64,000 nt of DNA, taken from the NCBI GenBank assembly GCA_035449085.1, contig DAOTKE010000001.1, forward strand, positions 1,232 through 65,231. Direction: 5' to 3'. Position numbers and translations under genes: made by a program. The notes beneath the pieces are model-generated. The model made no database searches. It saw only the letters and a program-made list of their open reading frames with translations, and had not been told where the DNA came from. This document shows positions 9,538-19,178 of the stretch, in pieces (within the stretch, counting starts at the first letter, position 1; each line of letters starts with the position of its first letter). The stretch is from Kiritimatiellia bacterium. Its GTDB lineage: Bacteria; Verrucomicrobiota; Kiritimatiellia; RFP12; UBA1067.

Positions 9538-9930
9538 ATGAGAAGGAATCGAAAAAAACAGGTGCATACGAAGGTGGTCCCCCGTTCGGTGGTCGGCATT
9601 TTTGTGCTGATGATCGGGCTGGCGCTGCTGTATTGGATGATGGATTCTAAATGCGACATGGACGGTCAGGAGATCCGCAAATACGAGCAGAAGCTGCAGG
9701 CGCTGGAAGCCGAATACGTGCGTGAAGAGGCGCGCTGGAACGAAAGAAACACGCCGGAGAAATTGGAAGAGGCGATGTTGCAGCATGGGATTGCCATGTC
9801 CTACCCGACTGCGGATCAGATCGTACGGATGGACGCGTCGGGGGTGCCGGTTCCGGGCCAACTCTCGATCGCCCGTTTCAAGCGTAGCCAGAGTGCGACA
9901 GAGCGTGTGGTCAAAGCAGTGCCGAAATAG
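9538..9930 (+). CDS. ftsL: Cell division protein FtsL-like (small bitopic membrane protein with coiled coil)
   Basis: 130 aa. N-terminal basic stretch, one TM helix (VVGIFVLMIGLALLYWMM), then a coiled coil. Sits between rsmH and ftsI, which is the conserved FtsL slot. Confidence 0.5.
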   Translation: MRRNRKKQVHTKVVPRSVVGIFVLMIGLALLYWMMDSKCDMDGQEIRKYEQKLQALEAEYVREEARWNERNTPEKLEEAMLQHGIAMSYPTADQIVRMDASGVPVPGQLSIARFKRSQSATERVVKAVPK

Positions 9931-9954
9931 TGCGGCGGAAGGTGACGTCGCGCC

Positions 9955-11664
9955 ATGCATGACCGCGGCATACAGATTCGCATCTGGCTGATTGCCCTGT
10001 CGCTGTTTTTGGCGTTTTGTGGTCTCGGGGCCAAGCTCTGTTATTTGCACCTTTCGAACCACTCAAAGGTGACAGGACGCGAATACAAGCGCGTCCTGCT
10101 GGGCTTGCGCGGCGGGATTTACGACTGCAACGGCAAGCAGTACCCCATGGCGGTCAGTCTGCCGGCACGCCTCTTCTATCTGGACCCGAAAGCGGTCAAG
10201 AAAGAGCACGACGTGAACCACATCGCGCGGACGGTGGCACAGCAACTGGATCTCTCCGAAGAGCATGTGCTGGCCCAGTTCAAACGCACGGATTCGCGGT
10301 ATATCAAGCTCGGGATCAGCCTGGAAGACAGCGTGTTTGCGGCGCTGTCCGACGAGAAGACGATCAGTGGCGTCGCCTCTGAGGAGATTGTCATCCGCCG
10401 TTATCCTCAAGGCAGGCGCATGTCGCATGTGCTGGGCTTCGTGAACAACATGGGTGTGGGCGGTGCCGGCATCGAACAGCAGTTCAACAGCTACCTGACA
10501 GGGACGCCCGGTCTGATCGAGGGCGAGAAGGACGCCGGGCGCCGCGAGATTTTCAGCCGCCGCAAAATCTATGTGCCGCCCATTCCTGGCTCGGACATCT
10601 TTCTGACGCTCGATCACCGCATCCAGTATGAGGTGGAACGTGCCATCCAGGAGGTGGTCGAGAAGTTTGACGCGCTTTCGGCATGGGCCATCGTGCAGCA
10701 CGTCAGCACCGGTAAAATTCTGGCGATGGCCTCCTATCCGGATTTCGAACCCGAGAACTACACGGAAACCACGATGGACGTCTGGCGCAACAATGCGCTG
10801 GCGATCGTTTATGAGCCGGGCTCGATCATGAAAGCGGTGACGGTGTCGGCTATCCTCAATGAAAGGATTGCCACGCCAGAGTCCGAATATGAAGTCGGCG
10901 AGGGGGTGTGGTTCTATGCCGGCAAGCCGCTTCGCGATCATGTTTATGGCCGCGTGACAGTGAGCACGGCGCTCAAGAAATCCAGCAACATCGCCTGCGC
11001 GAAGATGGGCCTTCAGCTCGGCCCGCAAAGGCTGGAAAGTTATTTGCGGGCCTTCAACTTCGGCAGCAAGCTGGGCATCGAACTGCCGGGTGAAGAGAGC
11101 GGCATTCTGGGAAAGGCCAAGCACTGGGATAAGCTCAAGCCAACGCGTGTGCCGATCGGACAAGGCATCGCGGTGACAGGACTCCAGATGATCAATGCGT
11201 ACTCCACCCTGGCCAATGACGGTCGCATGATGCGGCCGTACGTGGTGGATCGGATCGTGTCGCCCAGCGGCGAGGTCGTCATGCAGGCCAAGCCAGAGGT
11301 CATTGGCCGGCCGATCCGTCCCGAGGTGGCGCGTGCCGTGCGTAAGATGCTGATGGGCGTCACCGAAGAAGGGGGCACAGGCAAACGTGCTGCGGTCAGA
11401 GGTTTCTCCATCGGCGGTAAAACCGGCACGGCGCAGAAGGCGGTGCCGGGAGGATATTCGAGCACCGACTATTACGCCTCTTTTGTGGGTTTCGTGCCGG
11501 CCAGCAAGCCGGTCTTCAGTGTTCTGGTCTCCGTCGAACGGCCGCGTCCTCAACATACCGGCGGCTTTGTGTCGGCGCCGGTCTTCGCGCGGATCGCCGC
11601 CGCCACCGCGCGGTATCTTGGGCTAGAGCCGGATCAGCCGACGGACGAGGATGAGCCCGAATGA
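9955..11664 (+). CDS. ftsI: Peptidoglycan D,D-transpeptidase FtsI (class B penicillin-binding protein)
   Basis: 569 aa. N-terminal TM anchor. Transpeptidase motifs SIMK (SxxK), KSSN (SxN), KTGT. dcw position. Confidence 0.85.
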   Translation: MHDRGIQIRIWLIALSLFLAFCGLGAKLCYLHLSNHSKVTGREYKRVLLGLRGGIYDCNGKQYPMAVSLPARLFYLDPKAVKKEHDVNHIARTVAQQLDLSEEHVLAQFKRTDSRYIKLGISLEDSVFAALSDEKTISGVASEEIVIRRYPQGRRMSHVLGFVNNMGVGGAGIEQQFNSYLTGTPGLIEGEKDAGRREIFSRRKIYVPPIPGSDIFLTLDHRIQYEVERAIQEVVEKFDALSAWAIVQHVSTGKILAMASYPDFEPENYTETTMDVWRNNALAIVYEPGSIMKAVTVSAILNERIATPESEYEVGEGVWFYAGKPLRDHVYGRVTVSTALKKSSNIACAKMGLQLGPQRLESYLRAFNFGSKLGIELPGEESGILGKAKHWDKLKPTRVPIGQGIAVTGLQMINAYSTLANDGRMMRPYVVDRIVSPSGEVVMQAKPEVIGRPIRPEVARAVRKMLMGVTEEGGTGKRAAVRGFSIGGKTGTAQKAVPGGYSSTDYYASFVGFVPASKPVFSVLVSVERPRPQHTGGFVSAPVFARIAAATARYLGLEPDQPTDEDEPE

Positions 11665-13206
11665 ATGGGCGCGGCCGTAACTCTGTCTGCAGAAGAAAGG
11701 CATTTGATGAACTTAATGGAAATCCGGGAGTTGCTCCCGTTTTTGAAGGGGAAGCCACCCGCGCTGGCCTTCAGCGGTGTGCAGTGCGATTCGCGGCGAA
11801 TCAGGCCGGGTGACCTTTTTGTCGCGCTGAGCGGAAGCCGCGACGATGGTGCGCGTTATGCCGCCGCCGCGTTGGCCAAGGGTGCCGTCGCGGTGTTGGC
11901 GCAGGCACCGCTGCGGGAGGTGCCCTCCAAACAGATGGTTGTGGTCAACGATGCCCGCGGCGCGTTGGCTGGCCTCGCGGCTGCGGTCAATGGCTACCCT
12001 TCTCGGGCGCTCCGCGTGTATGGCGTTACCGGCACGAACGGCAAGACCACCACAGTCTGGCTGCTGCGCGAACTGTTGCACGCCGCCGGCCACACGCCCG
12101 GCTTGCTCTCCACCGTGCAGGTCGAGTACGGCGGCCGCACGATCCCGGCCACGCGCACTACGCCCGACGCTTGCGAACTGCAAGGTCTGCTGGCCGCAAT
12201 GCGGAGCACCGGTTGCGACTCGGCGGTGATGGAGGTCTCTTCCCATGCGTTGGATCAGCAGCGCACGGCATGCCTGTGTTTTGAGGCCGCCGCCTTCACC
12301 AACCTCTCGCAGGATCACCTCGATTACCACGGCACGATGGAGGCCTATTTCCAGACCAAGCAGCGTCTGTTCGCGCAGCTTGCGCAAGATCATCCCGGCG
12401 CGGCCGCGGTCTGTTGCCTCGATGAGGGACCGGGCTACGGCGCGCGCATGGCCGCGTACATCGCGACGTTGCCGCTGCGTTTGGTCACCTGCGGCTTCCC
12501 GCCGGGAGCCGATCTGCGCGCCGAGGCGGTGTCGGTGACGCCGGACGGCAGCCGCTTCACGCTGGTCACGCCGGATGGCGCCCGCCGCGAGCTGTGCGTT
12601 CATCTGGCCGGCCGCTACAACATCGCCAACATGCTGTGCGCGGCGGGACTCGCGCTCGATGCGGGTGTCCCGCTCGACACGGTGGCCGCGACGCTGGAGC
12701 AGGCGCGCCCGCAGTGGGGTCGTCTCGAGCGCGTGCGCACGGATTGGCCCGCCGCTGTGTTCGTGGATTACGCGCACACTGACGACGCGCTGCGCAACGT
12801 GCTCACGACGTTGCGCGAAATCACGCGCGGGCGGCTGACCGTCGTCTTCGGGTGCGGCGGAAACCGCGACCGCACGAAACGTCCGTTGATGGGGCGCGTC
12901 TGCGCCGAACTCGCCGATCGGCTGGTGGTGACCTCCGACAACCCGCGCGGTGAGGAACCGATGGCGATCATCAACCAGATTCTGGAAGGGGTGCCGGCAG
13001 GGACGGCGATGGCTGTCGAGCCCGACCGCCGGGCGGCCATCCGGCTGGTGCTGGCCGAGGCCGGGCCTGACGACGTGGTGCTCGTCGCGGGCAAGGGTCA
13101 CGAACCGTTTCAGGAACTCGCGGATCGTACCGTGCCGTTCGACGACCGTCAGGTTGTGGCGGAGGAGGCGAGTCAGTTAGCCGCAGCGCATCGTCAGTCC
13201 CGGTAG
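11665..13206 (+). CDS. murE: UDP-N-acetylmuramoyl-L-alanyl-D-glutamate--2,6-diaminopimelate ligase MurE
   Basis: 513 aa Mur ligase. GVTGTNGKTTT P-loop, DNPR motif. Position after ftsI. Confidence 0.9.
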   Translation: MGAAVTLSAEERHLMNLMEIRELLPFLKGKPPALAFSGVQCDSRRIRPGDLFVALSGSRDDGARYAAAALAKGAVAVLAQAPLREVPSKQMVVVNDARGALAGLAAAVNGYPSRALRVYGVTGTNGKTTTVWLLRELLHAAGHTPGLLSTVQVEYGGRTIPATRTTPDACELQGLLAAMRSTGCDSAVMEVSSHALDQQRTACLCFEAAAFTNLSQDHLDYHGTMEAYFQTKQRLFAQLAQDHPGAAAVCCLDEGPGYGARMAAYIATLPLRLVTCGFPPGADLRAEAVSVTPDGSRFTLVTPDGARRELCVHLAGRYNIANMLCAAGLALDAGVPLDTVAATLEQARPQWGRLERVRTDWPAAVFVDYAHTDDALRNVLTTLREITRGRLTVVFGCGGNRDRTKRPLMGRVCAELADRLVVTSDNPRGEEPMAIINQILEGVPAGTAMAVEPDRRAAIRLVLAEAGPDDVVLVAGKGHEPFQELADRTVPFDDRQVVAEEASQLAAAHRQSR

Positions 13207-13242
13207 TACCGGCAGTTCCGGATATCCAAAGCGGGTGCAAGC

Positions 13243-14637
13243 ATGTCAAACAGTCAACCACAGGTCTTTGACGCGGCGGCCTTTGCGGCGTGGGCGGGCG
13301 GCGAGGCACAGGCGTTGCCGCCAACCTTTTGCGGCGTGACGCAGGACACGCGGCAGGTGACGCCGGGCTGTCTTTATGTCGCGCTGCGCGGTGAGCGTTT
13401 CGACGGCCACGATTTTGTCGCGCAGGGCTTTGAGAAGGGGGCGGCGGCGGCGCTGGTGGAGCGGGCCTGGCAGGCCCCGGCGGAGGCCGCCGGATGGCCG
13501 TTGATCCGCGTGGCCGACACGCGGCGCGCGCTGGCCGATGCGGCCCGCGCTTGGCGGCTGCGGCAGCAGGCGCGTGTTGTGGGGATCACCGGCAGTTCCG
13601 GCAAAACGACCGTCAAAGAGATGACGGCGGCGCTCTGCGGCGGCGGGGGTGCGGTCTGTGCCACACGCGGCAACTTGAACAACGACATTGGGCTGCCGTT
13701 GAGCCTGCTGACGTTGGGCGCCGGGACGATGTATGGCATTTTCGAGGCCGGCACCAACCATCCGGGTGAAATCGCGGCGTTGGCCGATGTGATGCGTCCC
13801 GACATCGCGCTGATCTCCAGCATCGGCTCCGCGCACATTGAGCATTTCGGCTCACAGGAGGCGATCGCGTTGGAAAAGGGCGAGTTGTTGCGTGCGTTGC
13901 CTGCCGACGGTGCGGCGGTGCTCAGTCTTGAGACCGCCTGCGCGGATCGGTTGATCGCCTGTTCGGCGGCGCCGGTCGTGACGACCTCGCTGGTGACGCG
14001 CGCGGCGGATTATTTTGGTGAACCGTTGGATCTGTGGACGGGTCGCGTCCGGATCACGGAGCGTGCGACCGGCGAACAGATCGAGCTGTGTTGCGGGTTG
14101 CCCGGTGAGCACAACGCCTCGAACCTGTTGCTCGCGTTCGCTGCGGCGCGCACGGCCGGTGTGCCGGCGGCCGCGGCGGCGGCGGGACTCGCCAATCTGG
14201 TTCTTCCCGGTATGCGTTGGTCCGTGAGTGAGCGGGGGGGCGTCACGGTGGTGAATGACGCCTACAACGCCAATCCGCAGAGCATGCGCGCCGTGCTGCG
14301 CACCTTCATGCAGATGCCGTGCAACGGCCGACGGATCGCGGTGCTGGGCGACATGCTGGAACTGGGTGAACATACCGAGACGCTGCATCGCGAACTGGGG
14401 CGTGAGGTTGCGGCGTTGGCACCGGACGAAGTGATCGGCGTCGGCCCTGACACGTCGCGCTATATGGCGGACGAGGCGGTGATGCATGGGTATCCGGCGG
14501 CACGGATGACGTGCTGTGCGGACGCTGTGGCGGCGGCGGCGGTCGTGAGGGCGCGGGTGCGCGTCGGGGATAGCGTGTTGCTGAAAGCGTCGCGCGGGAT
14601 GCGATTGGAGCAGGTGCTGGATGCATGGACCGTATGA
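13243..14637 (+). CDS. murF: UDP-N-acetylmuramoyl-tripeptide--D-alanyl-D-alanine ligase MurF
   Basis: 464 aa Mur ligase. GITGSSGKTT P-loop. Position after murE. Confidence 0.9.
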   Translation: MSNSQPQVFDAAAFAAWAGGEAQALPPTFCGVTQDTRQVTPGCLYVALRGERFDGHDFVAQGFEKGAAAALVERAWQAPAEAAGWPLIRVADTRRALADAARAWRLRQQARVVGITGSSGKTTVKEMTAALCGGGGAVCATRGNLNNDIGLPLSLLTLGAGTMYGIFEAGTNHPGEIAALADVMRPDIALISSIGSAHIEHFGSQEAIALEKGELLRALPADGAAVLSLETACADRLIACSAAPVVTTSLVTRAADYFGEPLDLWTGRVRITERATGEQIELCCGLPGEHNASNLLLAFAAARTAGVPAAAAAAGLANLVLPGMRWSVSERGGVTVVNDAYNANPQSMRAVLRTFMQMPCNGRRIAVLGDMLELGEHTETLHRELGREVAALAPDEVIGVGPDTSRYMADEAVMHGYPAARMTCCADAVAAAAVVRARVRVGDSVLLKASRGMRLEQVLDAWTV

Positions 14638-16012
14638 TCAGGTGAATGCGCTCGTATTGGGCGCCGGGGCCAGCGGCGAGGCGGCGGCGCGGTTGCTGGC
14701 CGCGCGCGGCGGACATGTGCAGGTGCTGGATGAGGGCGACGGCGTGGCTTGCGCTGATGCGGCAGGACGGTTACGCGATGCCGGGATCACCGTGCGCTTC
14801 GGTGCTGGCGAATTGCCGGACGGACCGTCTGACGTGTGCGTCACAAGTCCGGGATTTGCCATGCGGCACCCTTGGATCGCAGCGTGTCGCGTGCGCGGTA
14901 TTCCCGTGATCTCAGAGCTTGAACTGGGCGCATGCTATTGGCCGGGACGCATCTTGGCCGTGACCGGCAGTAAGGGCAAAAGCTCTCTGGTCAAGCTTTG
15001 CGCGGACACGTTCAACGGTGCGGGCGTGACGGCGTCACCGGCCGGCAACTACGGGATCCCGCTCAGCAGATTGGCGTTGGAGCGGCCAGAGTTGCGCTGG
15101 GCGGTGACGGAGGTCAGTTCGTTCCAGATGGAGCACACGCGGACGTTCAGTCCGGATCTTGCGGTTCTGCTGAATCTTCAGGCGGATCACCTCGACCGTC
15201 ATGCTGACATGGCTGAGTACAAGGCGCTCAAATTGGCGGTGTTTGCGGCGATGCGTCCGGGCGGAGTCGCGTTGCTGCCGGCAGGGCTGTGGCATGAAGG
15301 ACGCATTCCGGAGGGTGTCAAGCTGTTGCGCTTCGGGACGGACGCGGCCTGTGACTGGACCTACGAAGACCATATTGTGACGGGAACATTTGAGGGTCGG
15401 GTCTGCAAGGTCGGGTTGCGTGGGAGCTGGTTTGACAATCCCGTCTTGGGTGTGGCCGCTGCCGCCGGTGTGGCGGCGCTGCTCCACGCGGGATTGGACG
15501 GTGAGCAGATTGCGGCCGGCCTGGCCGGGTTCGAACCGCTGGCCCACCGCATGCAGACGGTTGCCGTCAGCAGTCGGGGGGTTCGGTATGTCGATGACTC
15601 CAAGGCCACCAGTCTTTCGGCAACCGCTGCTGCGCTGCGGATGGCGCAGGGGCCGGTGCGTCTGATCGCGGGCGGGCTTCTCAAAGAAAAAGAGCTGGGC
15701 TGGGTAAAAGAGTTACTGACACAAACAACAAAAAAAGTGTATCTTATTGGGCAAAGCGCTGAGCAGATGTTTCAGGCGTGGTCAACGTCGGTTCCCTGTG
15801 AAGTTTGCGGTACACTCGATCAGGCTGTCGATGCCGCCCAGCGGGAAGCGCTACCAGGGGAAATCGTGCTGCTGTCGCCGGGAACAGCCAGCTTTGATCA
15901 ATTTACCAGCTATCGGGAAAGAGGAGAACGTTTCACAGAACGGGTCCGTGCGGTTGCGGATCTTGATGTGCGTTTCTTTTCTGAGGGCAAGAAGGACAAG
16001 GAGACACAATGA
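14621..16012 (+). CDS. murD: UDP-N-acetylmuramoylalanine--D-glutamate ligase MurD
   Basis: 463 aa. N-terminal Rossmann LVLGAGASGEAAARLL, GSKGKSS P-loop, NLQADHLDRH. Overlaps murF by 17 nt. Confidence 0.85.
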   Translation: MHGPYDQVNALVLGAGASGEAAARLLAARGGHVQVLDEGDGVACADAAGRLRDAGITVRFGAGELPDGPSDVCVTSPGFAMRHPWIAACRVRGIPVISELELGACYWPGRILAVTGSKGKSSLVKLCADTFNGAGVTASPAGNYGIPLSRLALERPELRWAVTEVSSFQMEHTRTFSPDLAVLLNLQADHLDRHADMAEYKALKLAVFAAMRPGGVALLPAGLWHEGRIPEGVKLLRFGTDAACDWTYEDHIVTGTFEGRVCKVGLRGSWFDNPVLGVAAAAGVAALLHAGLDGEQIAAGLAGFEPLAHRMQTVAVSSRGVRYVDDSKATSLSATAAALRMAQGPVRLIAGGLLKEKELGWVKELLTQTTKKVYLIGQSAEQMFQAWSTSVPCEVCGTLDQAVDAAQREALPGEIVLLSPGTASFDQFTSYRERGERFTERVRAVADLDVRFFSEGKKDKETQ

Positions 16013-17043
16013 ATCGTCAAGTCATGCGTGTAGCAGCGGGTGCGAATTTGGTGGCGGGATGCCTCCTGCTGCAGGGGTGCGGTATGTTTGGGAAGCCCAA
16101 AGACCATACCGTGAGTGAAGTGCCGGACGGCGATCTGCCTCCGGTCGAGGTGCAGGCTTTAGAGCCGGTCGCGACGGTTGAACCGGCACCCGTGGTGGAA
16201 ACGGCTCCCGTCGCTCTGCCGACCGTGCCGAGCACGACGCCCTACACGATTCAGAAGGGCGACACGATTTCCGCGGTGGCCTACAAGTACAATCTGCGCT
16301 GGCAGGATGTGGTGGCCGTCAACCCCGGAATCTCGCCGAACCGCCTGCGTGTCGGACAAGTCATCCAGCTCCCGGGCCAGGTGGATCTGAGCCAGGTGCG
16401 CGCGCTGCCGTCGACGACGCCGAAAGCTCACCGCGTGAGCGCACCCAAGGTGTCCGCGCCGAAGACGGCGAAGAGTGAGGTGTCGGGCCCTGCTATCACC
16501 TACGTGGTCAAGCCGGGCGATTCGCTCTCCGTGATCGCCCACCGGCATGGCGTTAAGGTGGCCGACATTCGTGCGGCAAACGGATTGAAGGGGGATAAGA
16601 TTATTGTTGGTCAGAAACTGAAGATCGTGGGTGCGACCAAGACGCCCGCAGCGGCGCCTGCGACTGCGGCTTCCGCTGCCACCGCGCCGAAGATGGCTGC
16701 GCCCAAGGCCGCGACAAAGCCCCGTGCGGCCGTTGCGACGCCGCCGCCTGCTCCTGCTCCCGCGCCTGCGCCGGCCCCGGCTCCGGCTGTCACCGAAGCT
16801 GCCGCACCCGCCGCGCCGGTCGAGAGTGCGGCTGTGAAGGTGGAGACCGCAGCTCCCGCGCCGGTGCCTGCTCCGGCCGCCGAGCCGAATGTCCAGACCT
16901 ACACGGTCAAGGAGGGCGAGGATCTGTATGCGGTCGCGATCCGCTGGGGGGTGAGCCCGAGCGATCTGAAGGCGCTGAATAACCTGACCGGTTCGGAGCT
17001 GAAGGCGGGCACCGTCCTGAAGATTCCCGGTGGCGTGAAATAG
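16009..17043 (+). CDS. LysM-domain lipoprotein (3 LysM repeats, Pro/Ala-rich linker) embedded in the dcw cluster
   Basis: Lipobox LLLQGCG. Three LysM motifs (YTIQKGDTISAVA.., YVVKPGDSLSVIA.., YTVKEGEDLYAVA..). (PA)n linker encoded by CCNGCN hexamer repeats. ATGA overlap with murD stop. Confidence 0.8.
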   Translation: MNRQVMRVAAGANLVAGCLLLQGCGMFGKPKDHTVSEVPDGDLPPVEVQALEPVATVEPAPVVETAPVALPTVPSTTPYTIQKGDTISAVAYKYNLRWQDVVAVNPGISPNRLRVGQVIQLPGQVDLSQVRALPSTTPKAHRVSAPKVSAPKTAKSEVSGPAITYVVKPGDSLSVIAHRHGVKVADIRAANGLKGDKIIVGQKLKIVGATKTPAAAPATAASAATAPKMAAPKAATKPRAAVATPPPAPAPAPAPAPAPAVTEAAAPAAPVESAAVKVETAAPAPVPAPAAEPNVQTYTVKEGEDLYAVAIRWGVSPSDLKALNNLTGSELKAGTVLKIPGGVK

Positions 17044-17058
17044 CGAGAGGTCGAGGAC

Positions 17059-18207
17059 ATGCGTAAGACGTTGATGGCGTTGGCACTCATCGTCCTCTCG
17101 CTGCTCGGTTTCGGAATTGTTCTGCTGGCGACGGCCAGCGCAGTGCGGGCGCAAGGTCTTTACGGCGACCCGCACTTTTTTGTTAACCGCCAGTTGATGT
17201 GGATGGCTTTGGCGCTTGGCGTGGCGTGGCTTGCCGCCCGGTTTGACTACCATTGGTGGAAAGAGACGCCAGCGCTGAGCATCGGCTTCTATCTGCTGGT
17301 GGCGTTGGCACTGGTGCTGGTTTTCGCGCCGGTGATCGGCGTCAAAGTCAAGGGCAGTTACCGCTGGATCGGCCTGGGGCCGCTACGCGTGCAGCCGAGT
17401 GAGCTCGCCAAGATCATGACGGTGGTGGTGATGAGCGTCTGGATGGACCGGATCGGGCGCTGCGTGCGTCAGTTCTGGAAAGGCGCGGTCTTTCCGGTTC
17501 TTGGTCTCGGCGTGATTGCCGCCCTCCTCGTGGCCGAACCGGATTTCGGTGCGACGATTGTGGTCTGCGTGGTCGGCGGTCTGCTGATGTTCGTGGCCGG
17601 TGCCCGGTTGCTTTACCTGAGCTTGTTTGGCGCCGGCGGGGTTGCGCTGGTCGGCTGTTTCGTGCTCACCAATGCCAACCGTATGGAGCGTATCAGGGCC
17701 TGGTTACACGGCGAGGGAAGCGATTCGTCGGCCGCCTATCAGTTGAAGCAGGCGCTGATCGCCTTTGAGAACGGTGGGCCGTGGGGGGTGGGCTTCAACC
17801 AGAGCATCCAGAAGTACAACTATCTGCCGGAAGCGCACACCGATTTCATCTTCGCGATCGGTGGTGAAGAGTTCGGCTTCCTGTTTTCAATGGGCGTCTT
17901 GCTGGCCTTCGTAGGGATCCTCGCGTGCGGCATTTACATTAGCCTGCGCGCCCCGGACCGTCTCGGCCGCATGCTGGCCTTCGGCATGACGGTGCTGCTG
18001 GTCTTCCAGGCGGCATTCAACATCGGCGTGGTCACCGGGTGTCTGCCGACCAAAGGACTGGCCCTGCCTTTCATGAGTTACGGCGGCACGAACCTGGTCA
18101 CCGCGATGCTGGCGGTGGGCACCCTGATCAACATTGGGCGGCATGTCGATGTGTTCGACGAACGGCTGCACACGCAGGTCGTCAAAAATGCGACGATCAA
18201 GCTGTAG
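17059..18207 (+). CDS. ftsW: Peptidoglycan glycosyltransferase FtsW (SEDS family)
   Basis: 382 aa, ~10 TM helices. SEDS motifs QPSELAK, PEAHTDFIF, LPFMSYGG. Confidence 0.85.
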   Translation: MRKTLMALALIVLSLLGFGIVLLATASAVRAQGLYGDPHFFVNRQLMWMALALGVAWLAARFDYHWWKETPALSIGFYLLVALALVLVFAPVIGVKVKGSYRWIGLGPLRVQPSELAKIMTVVVMSVWMDRIGRCVRQFWKGAVFPVLGLGVIAALLVAEPDFGATIVVCVVGGLLMFVAGARLLYLSLFGAGGVALVGCFVLTNANRMERIRAWLHGEGSDSSAAYQLKQALIAFENGGPWGVGFNQSIQKYNYLPEAHTDFIFAIGGEEFGFLFSMGVLLAFVGILACGIYISLRAPDRLGRMLAFGMTVLLVFQAAFNIGVVTGCLPTKGLALPFMSYGGTNLVTAMLAVGTLINIGRHVDVFDERLHTQVVKNATIKL

Positions 18208-18359
18208 CGTTGCTTTTTAACGTGGAGACGGAGAGATGGAGAGACGCGGAGCAGGATGAAGGAGAGAACGCTGAACGTCGAACGCTGAACGCTGAACGTC
18301 GAACTCGGAAGTTGTGAGGGAGGGCGAGATCTCACACGAAGTGCACGAAGGCACGAAGG
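18204..18359. repeat. Copy 1 of a ~150-bp intergenic repeat element (contains a GAACGNN heptamer array 18266-18314 and CACGAAGG repeats)
   Basis: Aligns with 19175-19383. Shared TTTTTAACG..GAGACGG.GAG.., (GAACGYY)x5, GAACTCGGAAGTTGTGAGGG, CTCACACGAAG.GCACGAAGG.CACGAAGG. Starts exactly at the ftsW stop codon. Confidence 0.6.
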
Positions 18360-18480
18360 AAATAGCAGCGAGGGAAAAAACGAAGGTGCCCGATTCTCGC
18401 TTGACGAATGTGGTCACATGAGGCTACATTATGGCATGAAAAAGCAGAACCACAAGTATCCGCCGCAGAAAGCTGGAGCG

Positions 18481-18714
18481 ATGATTGCCGTTCGCGAGGC
18501 CAAGTCGCAGTTCTCGGCGTTGGTGGAGCGTGCGGCAGGGGGTGAGGAGATCATCATCACCTGGCATGGCCGTCCCAGGGCTCGGATGCTGCCTGTCGAT
18601 GAACCGCGAGGCAGGCTCCGTGTGGATCGGAGATGGCTCGAAAATATGCCAATAACCCATGCGACGAAAACGGTCGAAATTTTGGTGCGTGAGGATCGCG
18701 ATAATCGGGGGTAG
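18481..18714 (+). CDS. Type II antitoxin, Phd/YefM family
   Basis: MIAVREAKSQFSALVERAAGGEEIIITWHGRPRARMLP matches the Phd/YefM consensus. RBS GGAG 5 nt upstream. Stop 2 nt before the PIN toxin gene. Confidence 0.7.
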   Translation: MIAVREAKSQFSALVERAAGGEEIIITWHGRPRARMLPVDEPRGRLRVDRRWLENMPITHATKTVEILVREDRDNRG

Positions 18715-18716
18715 CG

Positions 18717-19178
18717 ATGTACGTGGACAGTGCCATCCTCGTCAAGTTGGTCGTACGGGAGCCCGACAGTCTTTTCTACGTCCAACTGCTGGAAAAATCT
18801 TCCGACCTGCGATCTTCGGAACTCGCCGTGACAGAGTGCCGCTCCGTTCTGGAGCGAAAGTGCCGCGAGGGAGAGCTGGGCGAAGCGACCCGAGATGGCG
18901 CTTGGCGTCGCCTCGGGACATATTGGCAGCGAGGCGGTGGGATTGTCCTTCACCCCGTTACACGTCTCGTCCTTGAAGAAGCTGGCGCGATGATCGCAGA
19001 ATGTATCGCCTCCGTGCCATTAAGGGCGCTCGATGCGATTCATCTCGCGACGTGTCGTCTTCACGGCGCGGTTCCGCTTGTCACCAGCGACCGGGTCATG
19101 CGGCAGGCGGCCCGTCATCTCGGCATTCCGTTGTCCGATCTTCCCGGCGCACCAGGGCTGCCCCTGATGACCCCGTAG
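18717..19178 (+). CDS. vapC: Type II toxin VapC (PIN-domain ribonuclease)
   Basis: 153 aa. PIN acidic residues (MYVDSAIL.., ..ELAVTE.., ..LDAIHLA.., ..TSD..). Immediately downstream of the antitoxin. Confidence 0.75.
   Translation: MYVDSAILVKLVVREPDSLFYVQLLEKSSDLRSSELAVTECRSVLERKCREGELGEATRDGAWRRLGTYWQRGGGIVLHPVTRLVLEEAGAMIAECIASVPLRALDAIHLATCRLHGAVPLVTSDRVMRQAARHLGIPLSDLPGAPGLPLMTP

Noticed and set aside
10063-13101. Long minus-strand ORFs (10063..11556, 11713..13101) opposite ftsI and murE
   Set aside because: Antisense shadows; the plus-strand genes carry unambiguous PBP and Mur-ligase motifs.
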